From assembly GCF_009914755.1 (NCBI RefSeq), contig NC_060925.1: a DNA stretch of 64,000 nucleotides; one strand, 5' to 3'. Each line of letters starts with the position of its first letter. The first letter of the stretch is position 1. Origin of the DNA: the human T2T-CHM13v2.0 reference genome, Homo sapiens. The notes under the pieces were generated by a model that worked only from the letters and a program-made list of their open reading frames with translations, had not been told where the DNA came from and ran no database searches. This document shows, one piece after another, positions 1 to 14,110 of the stretch. The position numbers and the translations under genes are program-made.

Positions 1-94
1 TTATAAACGTATCAACATGTATGTATCCCTCCAGATCCAACAAACCAAATAGAGAATTGTAGCAACCCAGAAAAGAGCGGTGCACGAGGCCAGG

Positions 95-335
95 TGTTGT
101 TAAGACACAGACTTGGAGCCAGACAGATCGGGTTCAAATCTTGACTCTGTCACTTAATAGCAATGTGACCCTGGGCAAGTGTCCTCTCTGTGCCTCAGTT
201 TTCTCATTTGTAAATGAGGATAATAATAGTGCCTATGTTCTGGGGTTTGTTCTGAGAATTACATTAAATGGGTTAATATTTTTAAGGTGATTAAAATAGT
301 GCCTAGCACATCATAAATTCTATTTAATGTTTGCC
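95..335 (+). mobile_element. MIR SINE
   Basis: MIR core gggttcaaatc...tgtgaccctgggcaagt...tgcctcagttttctcatttgtaaatgagg...gcctagcaca. Confidence 0.85.
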
Positions 336-1780
336 AAATATATATGTGTATGCGATCTTTCTCTGGTGTATATGTATCCCCATGATGTTAGATGCTGCAG
401 CCTGAGGGCCCATAGTTAAATCAAAATGCTTTTGAATATAACACAGTCTAAGCCCCAAAACTCACCTTCATCTCTGCTCTGTTATCAAGGGTGTCTGCAA
501 GCAAGGGGTACCTGGTGTCTTGTCCTGTAGTTGGATTCTTGCTGAACTGCAGAAACCCCATAGACTTACCAGTGCGGGAGGCCAATTTATCTTTATACCT
601 CAAGAGTTCAGGCTTCTTATTAAACTATGTATGTTCACATTTAGAGATATTTACTATGTGCAATGCACTGTGGTGATATGAAGATGAATAAGACTTAGTC
701 CCTGCTCAGGAATGGTGTTTGTATTCCATATACAGGTTTGATACCTGAGGGCAAGGGGTTAAGCATTTCTGCATACGCTAGACAACTCCTCATTGTTTTA
801 TAGGCTTTTCTCTCTGAAAGCAAAGTCCATTTCCCTGAATATCAGGAGAGGGCCATCTGCCATGCCAGAGTAGTGAATGAGAGGTATTTCCATTTGAGAC
901 TGCTATTTTCTGGTATATGTATGTTTTGTGAGAATCTACTCCTGAAATGTATTTGGCAATAGATAAATTTATAAAATAGAAGCTAGGTGGCTTGAGATAA
1001 AACATGTCCTTCTCTTCTTTTCCCCACAAAGTTTTCCTTTCTCTCCAATCCTTCAGATATGTTTTTTTCTAGACAATGATCATTAAAGCCAGATGTGGGC
1101 CTTTTCAAACTCACAACATGGCACAGGCTCAGATCTGGGAGAGTTGTAAATTCTTCTGGCATTTGAAGGGGCAGGCTTTCCCAGTAAAGACAGAAATATT
1201 CGGACTAGCACAGTTGGATTTTATACTGTATTTGTCTGTGTCTTAATTGGAATTCCTAAGATGTGATTTTTAACTTAATGGTCAATGACTTAGGTTGCAG
1301 TCTGTAGAATGGGGCCATGGACCATTAGTTATACCCTGTGCAGGAACTCTTTATGATAAAATATTGCTGTAACTTTCTGTTAATCTTACTTCCAGTTCCT
1401 TCCTGCTTTATTCCATAAAACATCTTGCCCAGTTTAGTTTCCTAAGCATAGCTCTGATAAAATTACTCTCCTCATGAAACTTCAATGATATCCCATTACT
1501 TAGAGTATCAAATATATCTTTAATTCAACATTCTTCAAAATATAGTACAACTCTAACTTCCAGCTTCTCCCACTAATCATATATGGTTTGTCATAATCAT
1601 ATGGATATAAATGTATGTATATATGTATTCCTGTATTCTAGCCAATGAGACTTTGTTTATTAAACACGTGATATATGTGAGGTACAGTATTAGACCCTGG
1701 GGGGTTCAAAGATAACTACGATTTTTATTCTAAAGTAGTTTAGGGTTTAGTAGCAGAACTAGGCATTTGAGTAAAAGCTA

Positions 1781-2204
<424 letters not shown>

Positions 2205-3271
2205 AGCCTGGGTGGTGGTTTGTTTACTGGCTGTGAGTCTTCCTCTCAGCTTCTCCTGTCTGTTCTGGCTCCATGCTTTCCTCCAGCTCACACATAATCT
2301 ACCCTCACCAGAGACCCAGTGCCCAATCCATGCAGCCCCTTCTCCCTGGCCCACCCTCCTTGCCACAGGTCAGGCTCTTGCTGTCCTGTCCTCTGGACTC
2401 TTGTCATCTCCCAAGTACCCTGCCTGCCCCAAATAGCTGCCAGAGTGGTTTTTCTGCAAACCTCAATCTGATCATGTTACTCCCCAGGTGAGATCCTCCA
2501 CAGCTCCCTCTTGGCTACAAGATTAATCCAAACAAAAAGAAGTGTGAGGTGCCAGGCTGGTGACGATGAGACCCATGCTCAGTCTCTGGCACCTCTGTGC
2601 CCCCCTCGCCTGAAGTCTGAGTGCATGCTGGGGTGGTGTCCAGGCCTGAGGAGCAATCCTGCAACCTCCTTCCCTCCTCAGAGCTGCAGGCGACAGTGTC
2701 AGTGTCTCCCAGGGGCGAGCCCCAGCTGTCCACCTAGAAAAAGGGCCCCAGAAAGTGGTGGTGTCTCCTCCTCAATGCTTTCCAGCCCTCGATGCACGAA
2801 CCATAGAGGAAGCTCCTTTGGCTGCTGGTTTCTGGGCTTCAGGCCTTCCTTTTCTTAGTCTGCTTCCCGTGGGCTCCTAGCAGTGTGGACCTCGTGGCTC
2901 TACCGCTGGCCTGCACTTCTCATCCTGCCTTGTTTAAACTTGATAACTGAACTCTGGACTCCTCCCTCTTGACTCACTGAGGGAAGTCTATGGATGTTCC
3001 CCTTGGAACTGCCCCCGTGAGAGGCTCTGTTACTGGGAAGGGGGAGCAGAGGTAGAAGAAGCTGGAGGGGTCAGCGGGAGTCAGTTTGCCCCATTCCCCA
3101 TGCAAAGGAGCTTAAACTTCATCCTCAGCTGATGGGCAGGCATGGAGTGTCAGTAGGGGCGCCCCGTGGTCAGCGTTGTGTTTTAAAACGATCACTATCA
3201 GCAGTCGGGAGCCAGGGAGGCCAGTTGGGAGACTCAGAATTGAGGTGGGTGACAGCAAGAACCAGAAACAA

Positions 3272-3458
3272 GGCTGGGCACATGGCTTATGGCTGTAATC
3301 CCAGCACTTTGGGAAGCTGAGAGCTGAGGCAGGAGGCTTATTTGAGGGCAGGAGTTTGAGGCTGTAGTGAGCCATGATCATGCCACTGCACTCCAGCCTG
3401 GGCAACAGAACAGGACCCTGTCTCAAAAAAAAAACAAAAACAAAAACAAAAAAAAGAA
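3272..3458 (+). mobile_element. Alu monomer (FRAM/FAM-like)
   Basis: Single arm ending gcactccagcctgggcaacaga plus A tail; TSD-like agaaccagaaac/agaactagaacc. Confidence 0.8.
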
Positions 3459-4401
3459 AGAACTAGAACCATATTAATGTCCTGGCCAGTCAATGCAGTC
3501 ATTGACCTTGATGCTGTGGGGCTCAGGTAGGCAGGTAAGAGGAAACACAGAGGAGCCGGGTTCCAGGATGGCACAACCAGAGTTTACTGACTGATACTCC
3601 AAAGGGGGTTCTGGAGCACATACTCTCTGTCCTGGCTCAGCACACACCAGGCCTCCCTGGCACTGAGGTCTGATGGTAACAGGTTGTCCCCTTCCTCCCT
3701 GGCTTTGTCCTCTGGGAGAAGGGGCAAGGGGGAAAGGAGGAGAGTTGTTTCATTCCACCACAGGCCAGCACTGAACACAGCCTGGCTGGAGATGCAAAAT
3801 GCAAGCCAGAGGATGTGGTTTGGGTTGTCCCTGAAAAAGATCTCTGTTTATGCATTGTAGGATATTTTCAGATGAGGCTTAATGTGAAGAAAGGGAGGCT
3901 GACCTCTCTGAAAGGCCTGCTTCTTAAAGGCACAGTGCATTACAGTATATCACGAGAAGAATGGGAGCGGCAGATGCTATAGGTTTCTTCTTTATCAGTG
4001 ATGCCATCACAGTTGTGGTTAGGCCAGAGGGCTGCTTGTCGTTTCCAAGGCTCTATTCCCAATTCAGTCTGTAACTCATGGTGTGATGTTAGATAAGACA
4101 CTTCATTTTCCCCAGACCCTATTTAATAATCTGTAAAATACTCCTCTATCTTTTAGGAGGTGACAAGAGGTGGAATTAATTTGTGTTTGTGAAGTGCTTT
4201 GAGGTCCCCAGACAAAAGCCACTATGTAAATAGCTGAGTATTCTCCACTTGGATTGAACCTGTGGGTTCATAGTCAGACCCGCATGTGATTACAAAGTGG
4301 GTAGACTGGTTTTCATGATTTCATATTCAGATCCTTGGAGGATACTTATTTCCTTTCAGTTTCTTTCCTTCTTTCTTCCTAAATAAAAATATTATTTACT
4401 A

Positions 4402-4690
<289 letters not shown>

Positions 4691-4707
4691 ATTTAAGAAA
4701 ATTTTTA

Positions 4708-5324
<617 letters not shown>

Positions 5325-5689
5325 TGGAGCTATACAGAAAATACAGTAATGAATAGCCAGGTACCCATCAACCAAAATGAACAAATGTTGACATTTTTTA
5401 CATTTAACAATTTTTATTTGCATTTAAAAGTATTTTTATCTAACAACATACCATGAGGTATATGTGGGCTTTAAACCTTGTTTGTTTTTAAAATAAAAGA
5501 AAGAACACATTTGTATTTCCTTCATCCCACCCACCCTGCCACCCCTCCAGCCCATTTACCTTCCTCCAGCCCCTGAGGTGGCTATTGTCATGGGTACGTG
5601 CCCTCCCTGTTCATGTGTGGGCCCATGTGTGGGTGGGTGTAGTTTATCTTCCCACGTGTATAGGGGAACTAAGCTAAAAATGATGTGAG

Positions 5690-5890
5690 TGAACACAGAA
5701 TGGAGTTCAGAGTCAAGCTGACCAGGGTTGGAGACCTGGCTCTCCCGCTTTTGGCCTCTGTCCTTTGGCCTCTTTGAACCTGTTTACCCATCTGCAACGT
5801 GGCAATTATTAGCTTACAGCATTGCTGTTAACACTGGAGATAATGGTAAAGTGGCTGGCTTAATAAATGGTAACTGACATTATTAACCAT
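5690..5890 (+). mobile_element. MIR fragment
   Basis: ggagttcagagtca...ggctctcccgctt...catctgcaacgtgg...taataaatggtaact. Confidence 0.6.
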
Positions 5891-5993
5891 TTCTGTTTTT
5901 ATCTCTTTTTCTAGATGGAAAGCCCTTTGAGAGCAGAGACCCTGCCCGCAGCCTGTGTCCCTTTGTATAATTTACAATTTGTGCTACCTAGCT

Positions 5994-6308
5994 TTTTTTT
6001 TAAACAGTGGATCTTGCTCTGTCACTCAGGCTGGAGTGCAGTGGTGTGATCACAGCTCACAGCAGCCTAAACCTTCCAGATTCAAGCAATCATCCCACTG
6101 AGTAGCTGGGACTATAGGCACATACCACCACACCTGGTTAATTTTTTTTTTTTAATTTTTGTAGAGTTGGGGGTGGGGGTGGGGGTGGGAGGGGGGGGGT
6201 CTCTCTATGTTGCTCAGGCTGGTCTCGAACTCCTGGACTCAACTGATCCTCCTGCCTCAGCTTCCCAAAGTGCTGGGATTACAGGTGTGAGCCCCTGGGC
6301 CTGGCCAG
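5994..6308 (-). mobile_element. AluJ with internal G-run expansion
   Basis: Reverse Alu dimer; G5TG5TG5TG3AG9 at 6169-6199. Confidence 0.9.
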
Positions 6309-7376
6309 CTTGTTTCTTGAGGAAATGATTGCAATGCCCGAGCCCCACTTCCCAGCCTCAGTTCAGATGCACGTAAGGGCTGTTGCAAAAGCTGTGTTCT
6401 CAGTGCACCTGGAGGACACGGGGAACCATTTGGCTGAGGACAGAAGCAGTGATGAGAAGAGGCCCTTCGAATTTTCCCCCGGGTTCTGCTGTTGTCTATT
6501 CAAGTTACACATTAATTCAATATAGTGGCATGAAGGAGGAGACACAGAGCTACTTCATGGGATCTGTCTTCTTAACAGTCATGCATTATGCATTGCTGTT
6601 GTTTCAGGTGCGTTTTTGCAAGACTGCGCACTCACACGACCATTGAGAGGCTCACTTTGCAGTGGCCCTCCCAGGCCCTCCGTGGTTGGGTGTCCGTCTT
6701 TGTCAGAAAAGGGCCAGCAGGGGGCACCAAACCCGCACGTTTCTGCCGGGAGAGGGCGTCTGGGTGAGCGACAGGGCCTGAGGCTCACGTTCCTTCCCTC
6801 CCTTTGCTGATATTTGGACATTTCTTTCTACAGTAGTTTTAGACTCCCACAGCGGCAAGGCAGAGAGCTTTCTTTATTAAAGCAACAAACAAACAAACAA
6901 ACACCCTTCTCCTTCAAACCTCATCTCCAACAGCAGCAGAAACTGTCATCACAAAAAGCCACTTCATTCATCTTCTTTTGATTTGCATTTGTTCATCTTA
7001 AATCAGGGGCCAGAGACCAAGAGGTATAAAATGATCTACCTGAACTGAACTGGAACATACTTGTCTAAGTCCTATTGTTTGCTATAAGGGCCTTACGATA
7101 TTTTAGTTTATACGCATGCAGGTTAAGAATAATCATAGAGTTTCAGACCTGGGCACTAGATAAATATCATCTAGCCAGGGTTTCTGAGTCCACAGTTACA
7201 CTCCAGCCCCCAGTTTTTGACATCTAAATCTGCACACTAGCTATATTATTTGTTTAGTATTTTAATATCTACTCCTGTAAAACTTACATAAGTTGATTTT
7301 AAAAAGACCACCATCATAAATGGAAAATTGCTATTTTTCAAATACATATTAAGATAAAGAATTAACATTAAAATAA

Positions 7377-7680
7377 GCTGGGCATAATGGCTCACACCTG
7401 TAATCCCAGCACTTTGGGAGGCTGAGGTGGGCGGATCACTTGAAGCCAGGAGTTCAAGAACAGCCTGAGCAGTATAGCAAAATCCTGTCTCTACGAAAAA
7501 TACAAAAATTAACTGGGTGTGGTGGTGCGAGCCTGTAGTCCCAGCCACTTGGGAGGGTGTGGTGGCAGGATCACCTGAGCCCAGGGAGGTTGAGGCTGCA
7601 GTGAGCCGTGGTCATGCCACCGCATTCCAGCCTTGGCAAGAGTGAGACCCTGTCTCAAAAAACAAACAACAAAAACAAAA
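7377..7680 (+). mobile_element. AluJ
   Basis: Full dimer with A-rich tail. Confidence 0.92.
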
Positions 7681-8861
7681 CCCCCATTAAAACAGAAGCC
7701 CCTTCTCTGCCTCCCATACTACCTTACACTCCTTTATTTTGCCTGTGTGGAGCCTAGGCCAGAGAAGTGACTTGAATTGCCCCACATCTTGGTGAGCTGC
7801 AGAGCTGAGATTTAGCTGGGTACCTGTTCCTCTCTGGCACATGGCCATGACTAGGAAGGAACAGTTTTGTTAAACCAGCAGGTCTTACTCTTTGGAATGA
7901 TCTTTGACAAAGTTTTAGTAGGCAGTGCCCACTTTTAATGTTTTTAGTGTTTTTCCTACTGCTTCTGGAAGGTGAAAGCCAAGAACAGGAGGGTCTGGGC
8001 GGGGGTCTAGGCTACTTACAGTGGCATTGATTTGATTACCACTCTTTAGCAGTGAAAAGTGTTGAGTATGCACTCCCAGCAGATGTATGCTTATTTATGT
8101 GTACTTTTGTACATGCATGACTGTACCAATATATTATGCTCATTGTAAAGTATACACAAATATTAACTCAAAAAATGGTAAAGAAAAGGAAAGCAGTATT
8201 TTAAAATGTCTTGTTAACTGCAATGGTTTCATTACTGTCGTCAGCTAATATCTTGAGCACAATTACACTTAGGGTTAGATTCCTCATTAGCAGCAGCACG
8301 CACCAAGCCATGTTTCAAAGACTCTTTTGGTAATTTGAAAACTTTTTGGCTGGCCTGTGAGATCTGATTATATTGTCTTGTTTGCCCTTGAAATATGGCT
8401 AACAACTTGTCAGGTCTGCCTCTTTCTTGCTGTTCATCTTGTTTTGCATTATTACTTCAATCCACAGTTTCTTTTTTGAAAAAAGCTTAAGCCTCTTGCC
8501 CACTTTGGGGATAGTTAAACATGGGATCCTCTCTGTAGTTCCACTTACCCAGGCTTGTCTATAACAGGCCACGTCATGCTGAACAAGAGCCGAGAAGTAG
8601 AATCGCCAGTGTCAAGCCGTCCACGTTGTGGGATGCCCACTGTTCCCCCAGGATCACTCAAGACCCTGTGACTTGTGGTCACTGATGAGTGGACCAAGTG
8701 AAGGTACGAAGGTCGTTGCTTAGAGTGAATATTAATAAAGCTTAGCTTATTATGTGTTTAATTGTATAAAAATAAATACATGAACATTTTAGTATTTTCT
8801 TCTTGTACCCTCTGGATTGTGTTTTATGACCCACAAATGTAGAGAAAAAAATCCATGAACT

Positions 8862-9160
8862 GCCCAGGCGCGGTGGCTTACCCCTGTAATCCCAGCACTT
8901 TGGGAGGCCGAGGTGGGCAGATCATGAGGTCAAGAGATAGAGACCATTCTAGCCAACATGGTGAAACCCTGTCTCTACTAAAAATACAAAAATTAGCTGG
9001 GCATGGTGGCACGTGCCTGTAGTCCCAGCTACTTGAGAGGCTGAGGCAGGAGAATCGATCGAACCAGGAGGCGGAGGTTGCAGTGAGCCGAGATTGTGCC
9101 ACTGCATTCCGGCCTGGCGACAAACCGAGACTCTGTCTCAAAAAAAAAAAAAAAAAAAAA
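8862..9160 (+). mobile_element. AluSc-like
   Basis: gatcatgaggtcaagagat, cctggcgaca; TSD aaaaatccatg(a/c)act. Confidence 0.95.
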
Positions 9161-10283
9161 ATCCATGCACTTCGGCTTGGCACATAAAGCCCTTCACAGC
9201 TCAACTTACCTTGCTGACTTCCTAGTCAACTCCAGGTGCTACCACTGGGCCACATCTATGGGCTTCCCACGAGACTATGAACCTTAGAGGGCAGGTATGG
9301 CATCTTATTCATCCTTGTGTTTTCAAAGCCTAGCTCAATGCTAGAGATGAAAAGTTCCTAGATCTCAAAGCAAAAGGGCTGCCATGAAGAGTCATGGGCT
9401 TTCTGCCTTTGGGGTTGGGCCTTTGCAAAGCCTCTGCATGCTCCAGGCAGTGGTGCTGGCCCTCCATGTCTCTGTAGGCCTCCCCAGACAGCCTGGCCCC
9501 TGCATGGGTCTGCAATGCAAGAGCAGATAAGCCATTCGGCGCCTGCCATGGACAGAACAGCGCTGAACAGATGGGGCAGATTGTAAACTTTGCAGCACGT
9601 TTTCTTACCCTCTGCCATCATCGCATCATCCCCGCCAGAAAATCTGTCTCTACGCAGTGCTAAGGACACACTCTTTCCTTGTGAGCCCTTCCTGGCCCCC
9701 CTCTTGTTTTTTTTTGTTTTTAGGAGCTATAGGTATAAAGCCAGATGGCTTCACCCACTTCCCCAGCTCTGCTTCTGTTTCAGTGACAGGGAAATTAAGA
9801 ACTGTTTTTAGGGGGTAGGGGAAGATTTCACCTGGATCCTGGAGATGGGGCATCTTGCATACTGTGATGTCCAGGTATGGCTGTTCTGGCTGTGGGATAT
9901 GGTGTTTTTTGTTTGTTTGTTAGTTTTTTGGCATGTGTGTTTATCTCAGTTTCTTGCATTTTCCCCTATCTCTCTGCTCTCTTGACCTGATGGAGGTTGG
10001 CGGCGGTGGTGGGATGACCTCCATACTCCCCTGGGGCAGTGCTGAGCACACCTTGGAGCAGGAGCCTGTTCTGCACACCCAATAGTGTGTGCAGAAATGC
10101 CAGCTGGGAGCCTATTTAACGGAGCCATTTCATAAATCGGGATGCTGAAACTCTGATTACACACAGCATTTTTGTAGGCTGCGGTGGGGCTGATCTCAAC
10201 CCCACAGGGTTTACTCACCCCCCTGGAGTGGCGTTTGATGCCTCGCCTTCCAGGATGTTTCTCTCTGAGGGGAAAGATATTCC

Positions 10284-10617
10284 TTTTTTTGTAGTTTATT
10301 ATTATTATTATTTCAGTAGTTTTGGGGGAGCAGGTGGTGTTTGGTTACATGGGTAAGTTCTTTAGTGGTGATTTCTGAGATTTTGATGCACCCATCACCT
10401 AAACAGTGTACACTGTACCCAGTGTGTAGTCTTTTATCCCTCACCCCCTCCCACCCTTCCCCCTAAATCCACATAGTCTATGATACCATTCTTATGCCTT
10501 TGCGTCCTTATAGCTTAACTCCCACCTGTGAGTGAGAACATACGATGTTTGGTTTTCCATTCCTGAGATACTTCACTTAGAATAACAGTCTCGATCCGGG
10601 TTGCTGCATTTGCCATT
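10284..10617 (-). mobile_element. L1PB-type 3' end
   Basis: T tail, ggtggtgtttggttacatg...ctttagtggtgatttctgagattt; TSD gggaaa(g/t)atattc. Confidence 0.85.
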
Positions 10618-11142
10618 AGGGAAATATATTCTTGTCTTTTTTATTTCTGAGCAAATCTTTGCTGAGGAGAAACACTAGGATGTTATTACTGCCAACCCAG
10701 TGGAGGTGTTAATGCTGTGTGCTGGGCCTTGGGAATGATGGGGGTGCCTTGAGGAGGGTAAGGAATGCAGAATAGACCCTTTCATCATAAAGCTTGATAA
10801 ACCGAGCGATCCTTTAGCAAGCGGCAGGGCAGCATGCTTATGGTTCGCTACTGGAATTTGTAGACTGGATAATGGAGTGCTGTTCATTTCTAGTGCTTAG
10901 AGGTCTAAGGTTTATGTACCTTAGAGATGAATTCTCTAGATACCCTGGGGAGGCTTTAGCAGCAGAGCCGGCCCTCACCCGAGGTGGCCACAGACTGCAG
11001 CGATTCATGAACCTCGTACTTTATGATGCTCTACAGCTTTCTAAGCACTTTCAGATGCATTATTACTTCAATAAACATTAATTGAGTGCAAAATACTGGG
11101 GATGCCAGGCAGACTTGGTGCCTGCCTTCAGACCTTGTCTTA

Positions 11143-11447
11143 TTTTTTATTTTTATTTATTTAGTTTTTTTAGAGACAAGGTCTCTGTCACCCAGTTGGA
11201 GTGCAGTGGTGCAATCATAGCTCACTGTAGCCTCGGACTCTTGGGTTCCAAGGTATCCTCCTGCTTCAGCCTTCCTGGGACTACAGGCATGCACCAACAC
11301 ACCTGCCTAATTTTTGAAGCCTCTTTTTTTTTTTAGAGACAGGGTCTTGCTATGCTTCCCAAGCTGGTCTTGAACTCTGGCCTCAAGCGATCTCCCACCT
11401 TGGCCTCCCAAAGCACTGGGATTACTGGTGTGAGCCATGGCATTGAG
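11143..11447 (-). mobile_element. AluJ
   Basis: Reverse Alu dimer. Confidence 0.9.
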
Positions 11448-11689
11448 GCTTTTTTGTTTGCTTTTCAGCCCATTGAGGTCTCTTCTAGACCCCCTCTTAC
11501 TCATTCAGTCACTGTGACAACCTTGTGACACATGCAGGGCGGGAGGACTAGCCTCATTTTATGCTGAGGAAGCTGAGATTCAGAGATAGGCAACAACCCG
11601 TACAGCTCCAAAGGACAAGAGGAAGAAGGAGAACTAGAAGCCAGCCTTTGGATTTCGAGTTTAGTCCTCCTTTTGCTTCATATGGAGGA

Positions 11690-11940
11690 ATAGTGGTTAC
11701 AAACAGGTTTTCTTAAGATCCAGGCTTGGTGCAATGGGTTCAATCTCTTAGTGGTACCAATTATGAGCATGTGATCTTGGGAAATTACCTTTTTAGCCTA
11801 AGTTTCATCATCCATAAAAGGAATTAATAATAATACCTACCCCACTAGGTTGTTCTGCAGATGAAATGAGGTAAAGTTTGTAAGACTGTTAGCATAGCAC
11901 TTGGCATATATAAAGCACTTAATAAATGGCAGTTACTACT
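11690..11940 (+). mobile_element. MIR
   Basis: gggttcaat...gtgatcttggg...agtttcatcatccataaaag...ttagcatagcacttggcata. Confidence 0.75.
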
Positions 11941-11948
11941 ATGGTTAT

Positions 11949-12075
11949 CGTATTCGTCTGTTCTAATGCTGCTAATAAACACATACCTGAAACTGGGCAA
12001 TTTATAAATGAAAGAGGTTTAATTGACTCACAGCACCGCATGGCAGGGGAGGCCTCACAGTCATGGCAGAAAGGC
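11949..12075 (-). mobile_element. THE1/MST LTR 3' fragment
   Basis: gctgctaataaacacatacctgaaactgggcaatttata...gaggtttaattgactcacag. Confidence 0.85.
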
Positions 12076-12628
12076 CTGAATAGAACAGAAGGCAGAGGAA
12101 GGGAAAACTTGCCTCTTTTTCTGCCTGACTGCTTGAGCTGGGGCATCAATCTACTTCTGTCTGTGGACTGAGACTTACACTATTGGCTCCCCTGGTTCTC
12201 AGGCCTTCAGACTAGGACAGAACTACACCACCAGCCTTCCTGAGTCTCCAGCTTGCAGACGGCAGATCATGGGACCTCTTAGCCTCTATGATTGTGGGAG
12301 TTCTCAAAATTTCTCTTTCTCTGTATGCGTGTATGTGTATGCTTGTGTGTGTGAAAGATACATATCACATACTATATATTTTATGTGTGCGTGTACATAT
12401 ATACATGTTATATATGTAATATATTAAATAATATATATAATATACACATCACATATACATTTTGTGTGTGTACTCTTCATGCAGAAGTGGCAGGAAATAT
12501 GTATATGTATACTATATATGTACACACATAAAAATATATAATATGTGACATGTATAGTTTATATTATATATATTATTTAATATGTATCTCCTGTTGGTTC
12601 TGTTTCTTGGGAGAACTTTGACTAACAC
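12070..12628 (+). mobile_element. MLT2 (ERVL) LTR with TA-rich expansion
   Basis: cctgaatagaac...cctggttctcaggccttcagact...ccagcttgcagacggcagatcatggg...ttggttctgtttc. Confidence 0.8.
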
Positions 12629-12818
12629 GGTAGCTACTAGCCACATGTGGCTATTGAGATGGAAATGAATTAAAATTAAATATAATTAAAATTGATTTTG
12701 TCAGTCACAGTAGGCCACATTTCGAGTGCTTACTAGCCAATGTGGATAGTGACTACTCTGTTGGACAGTGCAGAATAGAATATTTCCATCACTGTAGAAA
12801 GTTCTATTGACTAGTGCT
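12627..12818 (+). mobile_element. MER3-like hAT DNA transposon
   Basis: ggtagctactagccacatgtggcta...atttccatcactgtagaaagttctattg. Confidence 0.8.
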
Positions 12819-13089
12819 AGTTTAGAGTACCCAGAGGCCAAGGCTCTGTATCCAGTTGAAAAACAGCAAACCTTTCTCCCAGGGTGACTCAACAACAGCT
12901 GCATCTTTGCCACATCTCCCCTGGCACCATTTACTATTATTATTTTGTTCTCTGTTGCTCAAGGATTCACCATGGCTTGGAAATGAAGGAAACAATTTCT
13001 CTGCTTCTACACTTTGTGAAAGTACATAAAATTTTAGGACACCCTAAATTTATTATGCAGCACAACATCTCTCAAGCCTTACACAGAAA

Positions 13090-13311
13090 GGCTTGAGCAC
13101 AACACATTAAGCCTTATATAGAAAGATGTTGAAATTCTGTAAAGCTTTCCTAAGCTTTGTCGATATAAGTGATCCCACACCTCTACACTTAAGAACACTG
13201 ACTTCCATTCTTTGGAATCTGTGCTTCCCAAGCAGGCTCATCCTCAACATTTGCTCTTGAACAAACTCTCTTTAAAACAGATTCTGACCTTTTCATTATT
13301 TTAGGTGGACA
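13090..13311 (+). mobile_element. ERV1 LTR fragment (MER34/MER39-like)
   Basis: ctgacttccattctttggaatctgtgcttccc...ttttaggtggaca LTR end. Confidence 0.55.
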
Positions 13312-13337
13312 ACTAGTTCACATAGAGATATGTAAGA

Positions 13338-13427
13338 GTTAGATTGAACCACATGGAATTGCCTTTTTTGTAGATCAGAAAAAGCATTGAATTGAATATT
13401 GTCAGTTTCATAAGGTTCAGGCTAATA
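13338..13427. mobile_element. MADE2 mariner MITE
   Basis: TIRs tagattgaaccacatggaattgcc / tcagtttcataaggttcaggctaata. Confidence 0.7.
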
Positions 13428-13649
13428 CAAAGTGAAGTGAGAACAGTGATAGAGGTTCTGGGACAGGAAGTGCATGCATAGCTTGTGTTCCTTTTTCAGT
13501 CCCGAATTTGTGTACTGTGAGATGGGGATAATCCAGGTGGTTTCATCTTAAGGAAGGATGGTTGACTGAACTCCTGCTTATTCCTTGCCTGCCACAGCTG
13601 CATGAAGAGAGGCTCATGTGTGTTTATGGAGAATAGTTATGGGAGAGTT

Positions 13650-14110
13650 AGAGTATATACAGCTGTAAGAACCAGAAAGCCTGAAAACCAATGGCTTTAT
13701 ACATATTGCATTCTGAACAAGCATCCTGGAGGTGGTATTTCTGGATCTGGATCAGTAATTCCATGTCGTCAGGGCACTAACTTGGCATCTCTGCTTTTCT
13801 CTCCACCTTCCCCCTACAGTCCACAAGATGGCTGCTGTGGCTCCAGGCATCACGTCCACATGCAAATCCATCCAGAGGCAGGAACTGGGAATAGGCTTGG
13901 AGGTGGCCAGGACAGCAAGTGGGCTGTCTGTATAAACCTCCCCTCCACTTGGGAAGGAAAATCACCCCCCAAGTCGATTTTCTGTCCATCTTATTGATCA
14001 GAGAGCGTTATAAATTCACCCATTAAATAATCTGGACAAGGGGAGCGTGCATGTTGTCCTTGGTTTAGACTGGTTATGATTTATGCCCTGAAATTGGACA
14101 TATTGCCAAG
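13650..14110 (-). mobile_element. old MLT1 (MaLR) LTR
   Basis: caagatggctgctgtggctccaggcatcacgtccaca is MLT1-like; strand inferred. Confidence 0.5.

Noticed and set aside
8560-14050. Naming the locus or host gene
   Set aside because: I cannot recognise it reliably from sequence alone.
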